This document shows positions 49,104-49,207 of a DNA stretch of 49,207 bases, one piece after another. Positions within the stretch are counted from its first letter, which is position 1; each line of letters starts with the position of its first letter. The position numbers and the translations under genes were made by a program. Under the pieces are notes generated by a model. That model had not been told where the DNA came from and ran no database searches. It saw nothing but the letters and a program-made list of their open reading frames with translations. The stretch covers positions 311,106 through 360,312 of the forward strand of contig CAZULS010000001.1 in assembly GCA_964621395.1 (NCBI GenBank). Reading direction: 5' to 3'. The DNA comes from an uncultured Candidatus Saccharibacteria bacterium. GTDB lineage: Bacteria; Patescibacteriota; Minisyncoccia; Phycocordibacterales; JACNGX01.

Positions 49104-49207
49104 GACCAGGTCCTCCTTATTATTAGATTTATTCTTGTTTAAAATACAAGTTCTCCTCCCTACCTTTAAATACGAATTGATATAATCATTCGTATGAAAA
49201 ACAAAAA

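Overview
This 49.2-kb window is bacterial chromosome that looks like Patescibacteria (CPR, Parcubacteria-like). That assignment is inferred from gene content, a short ValRS, an archaeal/eukaryal-type ProRS, and many genes whose -10 box sits just upstream of the ATG with no Shine-Dalgarno. Genes are mostly housekeeping: rnj, secG, groES/EL, lemA-htpX, an M16 peptidase pair, class II RNR, murJ, lepA, malic enzyme, glutaredoxin, hsp20, prsW, valS, tsaD and proS, plus seven tRNAs and lineage-specific ORFs. No integrase, transposase, CRISPR array or rRNA is visible. The unusual content is intergenic. (1) tRNA-Gly, -Val, -Ser(GGA) and -Phe each carry a 3' tail with an antisense copy of that tRNA's own 3' end; the Gly and Val tails also share a covarying hairpin module (GTCCA...TAGTA...GGGAC), and tRNA-Gly has tandem units. 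(2) A family of ~190-bp MITE-like elements (5 copies plus a divergent relative that splits hicA) has a strand-specific, covarying internal fold. (3) An 89-nt covarying element sits at the same distance upstream of both groES and nrdJ. (4) Several REP-like and short-repeat families are present, often nested inside one another. All calls were made by eye, with no database searches.
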